A stretch of DNA of 63,590 nucleotides, counting the filler, from Octopus bimaculoides (Eukaryota), in the NCBI RefSeq assembly GCF_001194135.2. It is 6 parts of 6 records of this genome, joined end to end, with 100 filler letters (N's around TTAATTAATTAA, not from the genome) between each part and the next. Parts side by side here need not be neighbours in the genome. Positions count along the whole stretch, not along the records: positions 1 to 20,104 come from NC_069002.1; 5 more parts are not named here. One strand, given 5' to 3'. A program made the translations under genes and the position numbers. Below, in pieces: positions 1 to 11,317 of this stretch. The notes below the pieces were generated by a model. The model saw only the letters and a program-made list of their open reading frames with translations, searched no databases and had not been told where the DNA came from. Numbering within the stretch: the stretch's first letter is position 1; each line of letters opens with the position of its first letter.

Positions 1-32
<32 letters not shown>

Positions 33-54
33 CCTCTGTGTGTGTGTGTCTTTG

Positions 55-449
55 TGGAACAAAGTGCTGAAGAATGACCTCAGGATGCTGACCCTTTCAG
101 GTGAGATGACAAAGGACCGAGATGCCTGGTGCCTTGCTGCACTCAAGAAGATCCATACTCTGCAGCAGAAGTGTTAAGACCAGCCCCCCTGGTGGTGAAG
201 ATGGACCTGTGAGAGTCCTGTGCTGCTCCATATAAAAAGCACCCATGTGGTACCATTGTAAAAGTGCCTGAGCAGTGCCACATAAAAGCACCCAGCACAT
301 TCTGTAAAGTGATTGGTGTTAGGAAGGGCATCCGGCCATAGAAACCATGCCAAATCAGACTGGAGTCTCGTGCAGCTTCTCAGCTTACCGGCTCTGGTCA
401 AAACCATCCAACCCATGCCAGCATGGACAATGGACGTTAGAAGATGATG
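55..449 (+). mobile_element. RTE-clade LINE 3' end (ORF2 C-terminus plus 3' UTR)
   Basis: 55-177 reads WNKVLKNDLRMLTLSGEMTKDRDAWCLAALKKIHTLQQKC*, like RTE ORF2 C-termini. A 3' tail follows (GGAAGGGCATCC...CCAACCCATGCCAGCATGGACAATGGACGTTAGAAGATGATG) that recurs near 4341-4385, 53430-53572 and, inverted, at 543-625. Confidence 0.75.
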
Positions 450-454
450 GTGGT

Positions 455-461
455 CTATCTG

Positions 462-502
<41 letters not shown>

Positions 503-513
503 ACATACATACA

Positions 514-544
<31 letters not shown>

Positions 545-556
545 CATCATCATCAT
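455..556. repeat. Compound microsatellite (TCTA)n(TACA)n(TA)n(CAT)n
   Basis: Read directly from the sequence. Confidence 0.95.
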
Positions 557-625
557 CATCGTTTAACGTCCGCTTTCCATGCTAGCATGGGTTGGACGAT
601 TTGACTGAGGACTGGTGAACCAGAT
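543..625 (-). mobile_element. RTE-type LINE/SINE 3' tail, inverted
   Basis: (CAT)n CGTTTAACGTCCGCTTTCCATGCTAGCATGGGTTGGACG is the reverse complement of the tail type at 410-449. Confidence 0.7.
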
Positions 626-1413
626 AGTTTGGCGTGTGTGTGTGTGTGTGTGTGCATGTATAAATGAATATGTACATACAAGTACTCGCACACACACACA
701 AACACACACGCACTCACACCTTTGCATATCTTATTTCACAAGTTGTTGTTAAACTATATATAGGTTGTAGAGCATTTACATAATTTACAAGCAGAGAGAG
801 AGAGACAGAGACAGACAGACAGAGAGAGACAGAGAGAGAGGCAAACACGCACAAAGGGAGGTAGTTGCGGTGGGGGGGAAAGGGAGGGAGTGGGAAAATG
901 TTAGAAGGTAAAAGAAAGAAAAGGAAACAGTGTATAGACAGAGAACACCAGATAGAGATAGAGACAGAGAGAGAGAGAAAGAGAGAAAGAAAGAGAAAGA
1001 AAGAGAGAGAGAAAAAAAAGAGAGAGAAAGAGATGTCTATATATCTAGTAATGTTAATATGTTATAATATCATCATCATCATCATCATTGTTGTCATTGT
1101 TGTTGTCGTTGTTGTTCTCGTTGTTGTCACCAAGCACCAAGCACCATAACAATGAGGGAAGGGCATTTTTCCCTGCTGAGTTGAGGTTTTATTTATAATT
1201 GACACAAATAAGTATTGGCTGTATTTATTACCTTCCAAACATGTCCATACCCTTTCCCACTAACTCTGCTGTTATGCAGTCATTATGACCTGTTCCATCC
1301 AATTCTTGCTGTGATTCAATCGGTTCTGAGAATTAAAATGGGTAACCACTGAATTTGCATGACACCACCACTGCCACCACCATCAACCACTATCACCACC
1401 AACCACCACCACC

Positions 1414-1445
<32 letters not shown>

Positions 1446-2091
1446 GAACAGCAGCAGCAACATGAGCAACAACAACAACAACAACAACAGCAGCAGCAAT
1501 AACAATAAGTCAAAACGCCAACAGCAACAACAACAACAATAGCAGGTACCATAACAAGAGCAGCAACAACAACAATAACAAAGTACCTGTCAATTATTGG
1601 GGTTATTTAATCAAGTTAGCCCAACCCCTTATATATATTAGGGACTGTGTGAAATTCCCCTTNNNNNNNNNNNNNNNNNNNNNNNNNNNNNNNNNNNNNN
1701 NNNNNNNNNNNNNNNNNNNNNNNNNNNNNNNNNNNNNNNNNNNNNNNNNNNNNNNNNNNNNNNNNNNNNNNNNNNNNNNNNNNNNNNNNNNNNNNNNNNN
1801 NNNNNNNNNNNNNNNNNNNNNNNNNNNNNNNNNNNNNNNNNNNNNNNNNNNNNNNNNNNNNNNNNNNNNNNNNNNNNNNNNNNNNNNNNNNNNNNNNNNN
1901 NNNNNNNNNNNNNNNNNNNNNNNNNNNNNNNNNNNNNNNNNNNNNNNNNNNNNNNNNNNNNNNNNNNNNNNNNNNNNNNNNNNNNNNNNNNNNNNNNNNN
2001 NNNNNNNNNNNNNNNNNNNNNNNNNNNNNNNNNNNNNNNNNNNNNNNNNNNNNNNNNNNNNNNNNNNNNNNNNNNNNNNNNNNNNNNNNNN

Positions 2092-2332
2092 TGACACAGT
2101 GTGACAAGGCTGACCTTTTGAATTACAGGCACAACAGAAACAGGTAGAAAGAGTGAGAGAAAGTTGTGGTGAAAGAATACAGCAGGGTTTGCCACCATCC
2201 CCTGCTGGAGCCTCGTGGAGCTTTTAGGTGTTTTCGCTCAATAAACACTCACAACGCCCGGTCTGGGAATCGAAACCGCAATCCTATGACCGCGAGTCCG
2301 CTGCCCTAACCATTGGGCCATTGCGCCTCCAC
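2092..2332 (-). mobile_element. tRNA-derived SINE, family C (head and body)
   Basis: Reverse complement begins GTGGAGGCGCAATGGCCCAATGGTTAGGGCAGCGGACTCGCGG...GGTTTCGATTCCC (Pol III A/B boxes). The body matches the plus-strand copy at 18176-18470. Confidence 0.8.
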
Positions 2333-2507
2333 GCTGTATGCTCTGTAAATGTCCCTACTTTTTCAGTGTATACCACATATACTTAATTTCTTTGTTTCTT
2401 TCCTTTTTTTTTATCATTTTATTATATATAAACCCCTACACTTTATGTCTGTCTTTTATTGTCCCCCTCATCCTTCGCCCTTAAGGCATATAAATGAAAT
2501 CATCTTC

Positions 2508-2670
<163 letters not shown>

Positions 2671-2672
2671 TT

Positions 2673-2870
2673 AAGGTGGCAAGCTGGCAGAATGGTGAGA
2701 CGAAATGCTTAGTGGTATCTCGCCTATCACTATGTTCTGAGTTCAAATTCTGCTGAGGTCGACTTTGCCTTTCATCCTTTTGGGGTTAATAAAATAAGTA
2801 CCAATTGAACACTGGGGTCAATGTAATTGACTCATCCCCTCCTCCAAAATTGCTACCCTTGCGGCAAAAT
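2673..2870 (+). mobile_element. tRNA-derived SINE, family B (CpG-decayed copy)
   Basis: GGTGGCAAGCTGGCAGAA...GAGTTCAAATTC...CTTTGCCTTTCATCCTTTTGGGGTTAATAAAATAAGTACC, matching copies at 12140, 19433 and 30728. Confidence 0.85.
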
Positions 2871-3439
2871 TCTGTCCATGACAAGATCACAGACTACAGC
2901 ATACACATGATCACAAATTTCACAACTTGTGAAGTAAACACAGTGATATCACTCAGCACACAGCCTTATGGAGATCACTTCTAGCTCACACAACCATGTG
3001 CTGCCATCTGTTGGTGTGCTTCAGAACTAGTCTGGGAACATTTTGACACCACCTCATTCTTTAATAGTTTCTTAACTTCTTTTTCATGTCATGGCTTGGT
3101 CGGAAATGATTGAGATATCTTCCAGAACACATAAATATTCCTCTTTGATTAAGCTATCTGCAACAATTTGCTTTATTCTCCCTATCAACATGGTCAGGTG
3201 TACTTTCCCCACTTCCCAGATTATCACAACAAGATTATTGTAACATTTAGGATTCAGTTCCTGATTATCTCACTTATTTTCAGTTTTCATATTGTTCAAT
3301 GATTGTCAGAAAAGCACTTTGAGGTATTCATTCCAATATTTTATGCTTTGAGTTCAAATCCTATTGAGGTTAACTTTGTTCATTTATTGACCTTTCAGGG
3401 GCATTTCTGGCTTTGTAGCTAACATCTAAGCACAATATT

Positions 3440-3760
3440 TTGTAGTTCAGTTTTCCTCTTAATTAAATTATTTTCCCACAATTTTAAATTTTTCTCCATT
3501 CTCTTCACAACTTCCCAACATTTACTTCAAGTTCTTTTTTTTGTGTTTTTTGGTTCCTTCATAATTATTTCTATTAGTTTCCATTTCTTCTTTATGACAT
3601 ATTTTTGTAGACTTACAATAGATATTTTGTCCTAATATTCTTGTTGCAGAAGGTTTCTTTACTTCCTATATTCATGGTAAATATTATATTTCGATATAGG
3701 ATATTGGTCGGTGTATTCTAAATACAGTCCTTATGTTTTCCTGTGTCGGCTTACAAATTC
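3440..3760 (-). mobile_element. Possible highly degraded Penelope-like GIY-YIG remnant
   Basis: Frameshifted minus-strand peptides (KELEVNVGKL / EENGEKFKIV / NYKILCL) loosely recall the C-terminal part of PLE GIY-YIG domains. Weak. Confidence 0.3.
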
Positions 3761-3790
3761 ACTTTGAATCCAGTTGATAATGTAATAAAT

Positions 3791-4136
3791 ACTCTTTACT
3801 CTACTCTTTTACTTGTTTCAGTCATTTGACTGCGGCCATGCTGGGGCACCGCCTTTAATCGAGCAAATCGACCCCAGGACTTATTCTTTGTAAGCCTAGT
3901 ACTTATTCTATCAGTCTCTTTTTGCCGAACCGCTAAGTTATGGGTACGTAAACACACCACCATTGGTTGTCAAGCGAAGTTGGGGGGACAAACACAGACA
4001 CACAAACATATACACACACATACATATATATATATACATATATACGACGGGCTTCTTTCAGTTTCCGTCTACCAAATCCACTCACAAGGCTTTGGTCGGC
4101 CCGAGGCTATAGTAGGAGACACTTGCTCAAGGTGCC
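3791..4136 (-). mobile_element. SINE family A, head truncated by a (CT)n/(AT)n tract
   Basis: Reverse complement of most of the 6376-6809 copy, including the internal (TA)/(TG) tract and the CCAGCATGGCCGCAGTCAAATGACTGAAACAAGTAAAAGAG tail. Confidence 0.9.
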
Positions 4137-4165
4137 CTCTCTCTCTCTCTATATATATATAAATA

Positions 4166-4211
<46 letters not shown>

Positions 4212-5086
4212 GTGTGTGTGTATATATATGTATGTATATATGTGTATGTATATGTGTATATCTATCTATCTGTCTGTCAGTCTCTCTTTCTCCCTCTCTC
4301 TCTCTTTATTATACACACACACACACACATATATATACAGCCCAACCCATACCAGCATGGAAAGTGGATGTTAAATGATGATGATACCCATACATACATA
4401 CATACATACATACACGTATGTACGTATGTATGTATGTATGTATGTATGTATGCATGTATGTACGTATGTATGTACGTACGTATGTCTATATGAATGAATG
4501 AGTGAATAACTTGTATAACTTATTACTGATGACTGGTACAGTGAGAATATATTATATAATTCTAACTACCTTGTAAACAAGAAAGCAGATTTTTGCTCCA
4601 TTCCTGTCTCTTAATTATTTGGCATTCATTTTCCCAATTACTTAATATTTAACATTTAATTATTCTAAGTTTTAATTTACTGTAAGATTCCCTCCAAACA
4701 TTTTCTTTCATTGGTTGTTTTAGAATCTACTTAATTTATTAATTTTTAAACATTTGTAACTCCATGTTTATATGAGTTCTCTTTCTCTTATCCCTACTGC
4801 TTTGGCTTATGTACTAAATATGATATTAGTGATGTTTATTAATTAATAAACTCTCATCAGGATGAGAGGGAGAGCATGACAGACAGGCAGACAGACAGAT
4901 AGAACCAGGGGTTCATGTGGGACCTGGTTGGGAACCCCTGGTCTAACCCATACTGTGTATTGGTGTTGTTGGTGGTGGTGATGATGATGAAATGATGATG
5001 GTGATTGTTTTGAAATTTTACTAAAAAACAAAATGGGGCTGACTTTAGTTTCAACCTGATATATATCTGTGTTTATGAAGCTTTTT

Positions 5087-5237
5087 GTCAGTTTCTGTCT
5101 ACTAAATCCTCTCACAAGACTTTTGTTAGCCTGGGGTTATAGTAGAAGACACTTTTCAAAGGTGGCATGCAATGGGACTGAACCTGAAACCATGTGGTTG
5201 AGTAGGGAACCTCTTACCCACGCAACCATACCTGCAT
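5087..5237 (-). mobile_element. SINE family A 5' portion
   Basis: Reverse complement of the family A head (...ATAGTAGAAGACACTT...GGGACTGAACCTGAAACCATGTGG). Confidence 0.8.
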
Positions 5238-5483
5238 CTTTACATATATATAAAAATGCTATGGGCCCTCAGCTCCTCGATGGAATCAGAGGGGTGCTGT
5301 CATGACATACAGTTTGTCTTGGGTATTTAAGATGTGGTGGAGCTCATCCATTTCCAGGTTTGACCCCAGTGGATTTCTTCTTGAAAGAGAGAGAGTGAGA
5401 GAGAGAGAGAGAGAGAAACAGAAAGCAAGAATAAGAGAGAGAAGTATCAACCCCAGTACAACACTGGTACTTATTTAAGAATT

Positions 5484-5626
5484 GGTGCAGGAGTGGCTGT
5501 GTGGTAAGTAGCTTGCTTACCAACCACATGGTTCCAGGTTCATTCTCACTGCGTGGCACATTGGGTAAGTGTCTTCTACTATAGCCTTGGGCTGACCAAA
5601 GTCTTGTGAGTGGATTTGGTAGAAAG
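5484..5626 (+). mobile_element. SINE family A 5' portion
   Basis: GCAGGAGTGGCTGTGTGGTAAGTAGCTTGCTTACCAACCACATGGTTCCAGGTTCA..., with A-box and B-box-like motifs. Confidence 0.85.
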
Positions 5627-5800
5627 AAGCTTGCTCGAAATACGAGACTTGAAAAACAGCCAACAACTGATGAAGGGTCGTTTTTTTATGTTGTTTGTTT
5701 TGTTTTCCAATTGTGTCTTTTGTTGTTCGAAAGAATAGTTCATGCTCCATGTACTCGTGTTTTGTACTTTTTTTGTTGTATACATTTCGTGACGTCTTGT
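5627..5800 (+). mobile_element. Probable Penelope-like pseudo-LTR fragment
   Basis: GCTCGAAATACG and CTGATGAAGGG segments recall hammerhead-core motifs (CTGATGA, GAAA) seen in PLE pseudo-LTRs. Similar pieces at 29720-29915 and 45820-45845. Confidence 0.4.
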
Positions 5801-5809
5801 GCCCACATA

Positions 5810-5847
<38 letters not shown>

Positions 5848-6375
5848 NNNNNNNNNNNNNNNNNNNNNNNNNNNNNNNNNNNNNNNNNNNNNNNNNNNNN
5901 NNNNNNNNNNNNNNNNNNNNNNNNNNNNNNNNNNNNNNNNNNNNNNNNNNNNNNNNNNNNNNNNNNNNNNNNNNNNNNNNNNNNNNNNNNNNNNNNNNNN
6001 NNNNNNNNNNNNNNNNNNNNNNNNNNNNNNNNNNNNNNNNNNNNNNNNNNNNNNNNNNNNNNNNNNNNNNNNNNNNNNNNNNNNNNNNNNNNNNNNNNNN
6101 NNNNNNNNNNNNNNNNNNNNNNNNNNNNNNNNNNNNNNNNNNNNNNNNNNNNNNNNNNNNNNNNNNNNNNNNNNNNNNNNNNNNNNNNNNNNNNNNNNNN
6201 NNNNNNNNNNNNNNNNNNNNNNNNNNNNNNNNNNNNNNNNNNNNNNNNNNNNNNNNNNNNNNNNNNNNNNNNNNNNNNNNNNNNNNNNNNNNNNNNNNNN
6301 NNNNNNNNNNNNNNNNNNNNNNNNNNNNNNNNNNNATATATATATATATATTATTTATATTATTTTTGTATATAT

Positions 6376-6809
6376 AGGCGCAGGAGTGTCTGTGTGGTAA
6401 GTAGCTTGCTTACCAACCACATCGTTCTGGGTTCAGTCCCACTGCGTGGCACCTTGGGCAAGTGTCTTCTACTATTGCCTCGGGCTGACCAAAGCCTTGT
6501 GAGTGGATTTGGTAGACCAAAAAAAACTGAAAGAAGCCCGTCATATATATGTATATATATATATCTATGTGTGTGTGTGCATGTATGTTTGTGTGTGTGT
6601 GTGTTTGTCCCCCCCAACATTGATTGACAACCGATGTTAGTGTGTTTACGTCCCCATAACTTGGCAGTTTGGCAAAAAGAGACCGATAGTATAAGTACTA
6701 GGCTTACAAAGAATAAGTCCTGGGGCCGATTTGTTCGACTAAAGGAGGTGCTCCAGCATGGCCGCAGTCAAACGACTGAAACAAATAACAAAAAAAAAGA
6801 CTAAAAGAG
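6376..6809 (+). mobile_element. SINE family A, near full-length copy
   Basis: tRNA-like head (A box TGTCTGTGTGG, B box GGTTCAGTCCC), body, internal TA/TG microsatellite and tail ending ...TAAAAGAG. Many homologous copies in the window. Confidence 0.9.
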
Positions 6810-6985
6810 TATGTATGTATGTGGGGTTAATCATTAATGAACATTATAATAATGTTTAAAAGTTGTCTTGTTTATCAGTTTCTGTGTGGGGTATATCTGC
6901 AAAAGCGGTCCTTTTGGACATTCTCGCAAAAAAAAAAAACAGCAGTAGACCTTAATTGCCAGTCGAGTGCGGAGGAAGGTAGGGG

Positions 6986-7346
6986 TTAGTATGTGAATGG
7001 GGGCAAGTTAGGATTCTCTCTAAGACATTCCATTCTCCTCTCATCAGAATTCACCCTTTCCATCTCTGTCAGCCATTCCATTGGAATAGGTGATGCAGAG
7101 GCGGTTGGGGGTGGGGTGGACGTCGAGGAATTGGTTAGATGAAGAAAAGATGACGATATGTGTAGACAGGAAAGATTGATAGTGTCGGTGCTGTTGTTGT
7201 TGTTGTTGATATTGTTGATGTTGTTGTTGTTGTTATTGTTATTTAATTCCAGGCAAATTCTATTTGGGACGACATTTTTCAATGTGCTGTTTACATGTTT
7301 AAGACAGAAGGATGCGATAATTTGCTGGAAGATTTTGCTGTTACTT
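6986..7346 (-). CDS. Probable terminal coding exon of an unidentified gene
   Basis: Acceptor TTGATTTACTTGCTAG| then phase-2 ORF SNSKIFQQIIASFCLKHVNSTLKNVVPNRICLEL(N-rich)...MEWLTEMERVNSDERRMECLRENPNLPPFTY*. Complex, protein-like ends flank an Asn/Ser/Thr/Pro insert. No family recognised and no nearby poly(A) signal seen. Confidence 0.55.
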
Positions 7347-7541
7347 CTAGCAAGTAAATCAATCACAAGTGGATTAGCGGAATCATTAGGAAGTCGGTCG
7401 AAAATACCCTTCGTATTTAATCATCGATCTTTGCATTGTGAGTTCGAATCTCGCCGAAAGCAATTTTGTCTTTCACCATTTTTGAAGTCGATAAAATAAA
7501 GTAGCCGTCAAGTACTGGGTCAATTTAATATTCCTATAAAG

Positions 7542-7839
7542 CAGGGGTTTTCAAACTGTGGTCCGCGGACCACAGGGCGTCTGCAAGGCCAAGACAGTGG
7601 GGTCCGTGGACAGCAAATACTTTTTATGGGCAATTTTATTTTATATATGTTTTTTAATCGAAATCTTTTAGTTGACAATAAACCTATTTGTTAAATACTG
7701 TTAAATAAATAAATGTAAAAACATATGTTATTTTAAGCAAGTATTTATGTATAAATTTCATAAGCGTTTATAAGGGGATCCCTAAGGTAAAGCCTGAAAT
7801 ATAAAGGGGTCCGCAAGTCAAAAAGTTTGAAAACCCCTG
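7542..7839. mobile_element. hAT-type MITE with perfect TIRs and 8-bp TSD
   Basis: 16-bp TIR CAGGGGTTTTCAAACT...AGTTTGAAAACCCCTG; identical 8-bp flanks CTATAAAG at 7534-7541 and 7840-7847. Confidence 0.92.
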
Positions 7840-8665
7840 CTATAAAGCATCCTCGATGTGAATGGATTTATAACAGAGGACGAAGACTGTAAAGATACCC
7901 TCGTACCCTGGTTGAGTTCTGTGAATTAGGCTTGCAGACCAAGCAGGCAGGTACAGAGGCAGAAGGGTAGATAATGCAAAAAGTAAATAAAAAGCACATA
8001 AATAAAAGAAAAAAAAAAAGGAAATAAAGAGATACTTAAAGAGATAAAATTAAAGAGGAAAAGAGAAAGAAATTTTGAAGTGGTGCTGAAAGAGTGGAGG
8101 TTGGATCGTCTGCGAACAAAATTTAAAAATAATAATAATAATAAAAAAAAGGAAACGAAAAGGAATTTCAAAAAGTTTCTGATAACGGAAGAAAGGAAGT
8201 TTTGAGAAACTAGATTCTAATGGAAACTTGAGAAGGAAGATGGGAAGCGAAGAAATGGGGAAAAAAGATTTTTTAATATAGGAAAAGAAAACCGGTGGAA
8301 AGAGAAGAGAATGAAAAAAGACGATGAGGAAAAGGAGGAGAGGTTGTAGAAGATGTGAGAAGAAAGAAAGAATGGGAGAAAGGAAAAGATGAGAAGATGG
8401 AAACATAAAATAAGAAAGGAGATGCAGAAGAAAGAAGAAGGAAAGATGATGGAGTCAGAATAAGGAAGAGACAGGAAATTCGAAGAGGTACCAGACAATG
8501 TTGTGGGTGGACGGGACGGGAGTGGAGTTTTACATAAGCTGGGTATGTGAGATCTGAGAGTGAAACCAGGTAGAAACGGTCGAATGGTTTTAAGAAAGTT
8601 GAAAAATGTGTTGGTTAGCTTGTAAGGAAAACCATTAACAGGATTATATTGACATACGTGTGTGT

Positions 8666-8691
8666 AGATAGATAGGCAGATAGATAAGCAA

Positions 8692-8747
<56 letters not shown>

Positions 8748-8783
8748 GCAGATAGATAGATAGATAGATAGATAGTCAGGCAA

Positions 8784-8815
<32 letters not shown>

Positions 8816-8912
8816 TCAGGCAAATAGATAGATAGATAGATAGATAGATAGTCAGGCAGATAGATAGATAGATAGATAGATAGTCAGGCAAATAGATAGA
8901 TAGATAGATAGA
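8666..8912. repeat. (GATA)n array with periodic GTCAGGCA interruptions
   Basis: GTCAGGCA starts at 8775, 8815, 8851 and 8883. Confidence 0.9.
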
Positions 8913-8971
8913 TGGAGAGAGAGAGAGAGAAAGCAAGAAATAGGAAGAGAGAAAGAAAGGAAGGAAAGAAT

Positions 8972-9018
<47 letters not shown>

Positions 9019-9283
9019 AGGAAAATAAAAGTCACAATATGAGTGCAAAGTCGTTGTTGTTTATACCCAGATCAGCTTACACTGAGAAAATCTTAACATC
9101 AAAAATATTGCAGATGTGACCCCTATGTCTGTTCAGGGATGAGTGAGAATACATTATCAGCCGTGTCCCATCCTTATTTAAGGCAAAAGTGTGATTTGAG
9201 GGAGATTTGACTATCATTTGCACCTTTCATTAGTTTGTGGGGGCGTGAGGTTTTACGATAAGGTGGGCGACTTGTTTAATCAC

Positions 9284-9432
9284 AATAATGTGAAATATCT
9301 ATGAATGACTGTGCGTATGCATGTGTAATGAGCGACAGATATGACCCAGGGACGCCTACTGCGTGGAAAATATTTAGTAAAGTACAGAGCGGACACGCTT
9401 AATGCTGTGAACAAGAGCAGAAGGTAAGCATC
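9284..9432. other. Exon-like unique segment, strand unresolved
   Basis: Minus: acceptor TTTTTCGCAG|, open frame DAYLLLLFTALSVSALYFTKYFPRSRRPWVISVAHYTCIRTVIHRYFTLL, weak donor |GTGATT. Plus: MTQGRLLRGKYLVKYRADTLNAVNKSR then strong donor AAG|GTAAGC at 9423/9424. Confidence 0.3.
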
Positions 9433-10095
9433 TGCGAAAAACGTGGGTGTATTGATGTTGATTAGCTCCAGGTCATGCCTGATTGAGCAAACAAATAATC
9501 AAAGGTATTCTAGCCGTGACCACCCCGTCTTATCGCCAATCCTTAGTCTGTCTAGGAATACATTATTTAATACATGGATTCCCTTTTCCAGGAGGTAGAG
9601 TTCCAACAGTATCTTCTGTGGATATGTTGTCTTTTTTGCTCTCAACCCCGCTCCAAATCGGTTCTGATCGAGCAGGCCGTTGATCAAAGACGTTCCAACC
9701 ACGCCGTCTTTGATTACATTATCCAATATGCCCCCTTTTAAGGTGAACGGGTGTGAATTGAGAGAGATCTGACAGCGGCTCGTTCACGTTTGCGGGTGTG
9801 TGTTATGTTTCGCTCTGACTGAATGGCGTTCCAGCCATGATCATCCAACATTTTGTACATCTACTAGCGTGGGGGTTGGGGGCACTTTTGGGTTTGCTGT
9901 ACGCAATGTTTTTCATGGGGTCCGAGGAGCGGCAAACGGAAGGGCTGACCCGGGCGTCAGATACTCTAGATGGTAGTAAATGATTTAAGGCGTGTTAGTT
10001 GCTATTCCTGACAAGTCGAGCGACCAACTGGTGTCGCTTGGAACTAAAGATGAACATGAAAGGGGAACGGGTTTATAGCAGGTGAGAGAGATAGG

Positions 10096-10173
<78 letters not shown>

Positions 10174-10868
10174 AGAGAGCAATGATAAATGGAATTGTAA
10201 GAGTAAATAGTAAAATGAATGGGAAGGAAGCTGGAGAGAGAGAGAATGAGAGAGAAGAGATGTAAGAAGAAATGAATGAGAAGTGTACATTCGGTTAAGA
10301 TAGATAGATAGATAGATAGAGATAGATAGATAGATATCGACAGACAGAAATACAGATAGATAGATAAAGAGATAGAAAGAAGCAAAGAAGAGGAGAAGGG
10401 ATAAGAGAAAGAACAAGTGTATAGAAGGAGAGAGAAGTAGAGAAAAGGTAAAAAGGATGACAGAGGAGATAAAAAAAGAAAGAAGCTTCAAATAAAAGAG
10501 AGAAGGGGGAAGAATTATATAGAAAAGAGAATTATAGAAGGTAACAGGACAGAAGAAAAAGAGAGAAAAGAGTTACAAAAGAGTTGTATAGAGGATGATA
10601 GTGGAGGAAAACGAGGAAAAGAAGCAAGAAATAAAAGAGAGAGGAAGTGTAACATAGAAAGAGAGAGAGAGAGAGAGAGAAAGAAAGTAGTACTGAGGAT
10701 GACAGAGGAAGGGGTGTGAAATAAGGAAGGGGAGGAAAAAGAAAATATAGGAGACGAAGAAGGAGGGGAAGGAAGAAGGAAATATAGGAGAAGAAGAAGG
10801 AGGGGGAGTAACATTGAAAGTTATCACCGAATAACTTTCTTGTAAAGAGTCTCGTCTCGTTCCAAACG

Positions 10869-10876
10869 TGACGTCA
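10869..10876. promoter_or_regulatory. Perfect CRE palindrome TGACGTCA
   Basis: Exact CREB/ATF consensus about 330 bp upstream of a candidate first exon. Confidence 0.4.
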
Positions 10877-11160
10877 AACTTTATTAATCTTTCTTCTCAT
10901 TAATTATATTTAATATCGTCATTTTCACAAAGTTGTGAACATCGTTAACAAGCACTACTTACTTATTTCTCTTTTTACTTTCCATAAATCTCGAATATTT
11001 GTGGTTATAAGTAAAAAAAAAAACAGGAAAGCCCCCTTCATCATTATTAGAATTATTACAATTATAATTAATAGTTGTTAATTGTACTTAGTAATTACTA
11101 GTATTATTATTTTCTGTTATTGTTATTGTGTTTGTTTATAGTTTTTTTGTGTGTACTGGA

Positions 11161-11190
11161 GCCACCCACGTGACCAGTGACGTGACATTA
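11161..11190 (+). promoter_or_regulatory. Candidate core promoter: E-box/CLEAR-like CACGTGAC plus ATF-like TGACGTGAC
   Basis: CACGTGAC at 11167-11174 and TGACGTGAC at 11178-11186, just before a CpG-rich ORF with a strong donor. Confidence 0.5.
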
Positions 11191-11203
11191 CGAGATATCA
11201 ACA

Positions 11204-11317
11204 ATGACTTCGGGAAGGAGCGGCGACAGCAATCACAATAACAAGGATAGCAGGATCGGTAACAGCATGGCTACCTCGGGCGTCACTGTTGTCGGCCAGG
11301 AGGTTGTTATTTACGAG
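11204..11317 (+). CDS. Probable first coding exon; N-terminus loosely like TBC1D15/17
   Basis: MTSGRSGDSNHNNKDSRIGNSMATSGVTVVGQEVVIYE then GAG|GTAAGG (phase 0). Second ATG at 11267 is in good Kozak context (AGCATGG). A GC-rich tract follows. No downstream exon found. Confidence 0.55.

Noticed and set aside
2240-2332. tRNA genes (also at 5484, 6376, 19433, 26818)
   Set aside because: A/B boxes are present, but each continues into a repeated SINE body and none forms a complete cloverleaf that I can support.
9499-9726. 75-aa minus-strand ORF
   Set aside because: Overlaps family D repeat fragments (TGATCAAAGACGTTCC, GCCGTGACCACCCCGTC).
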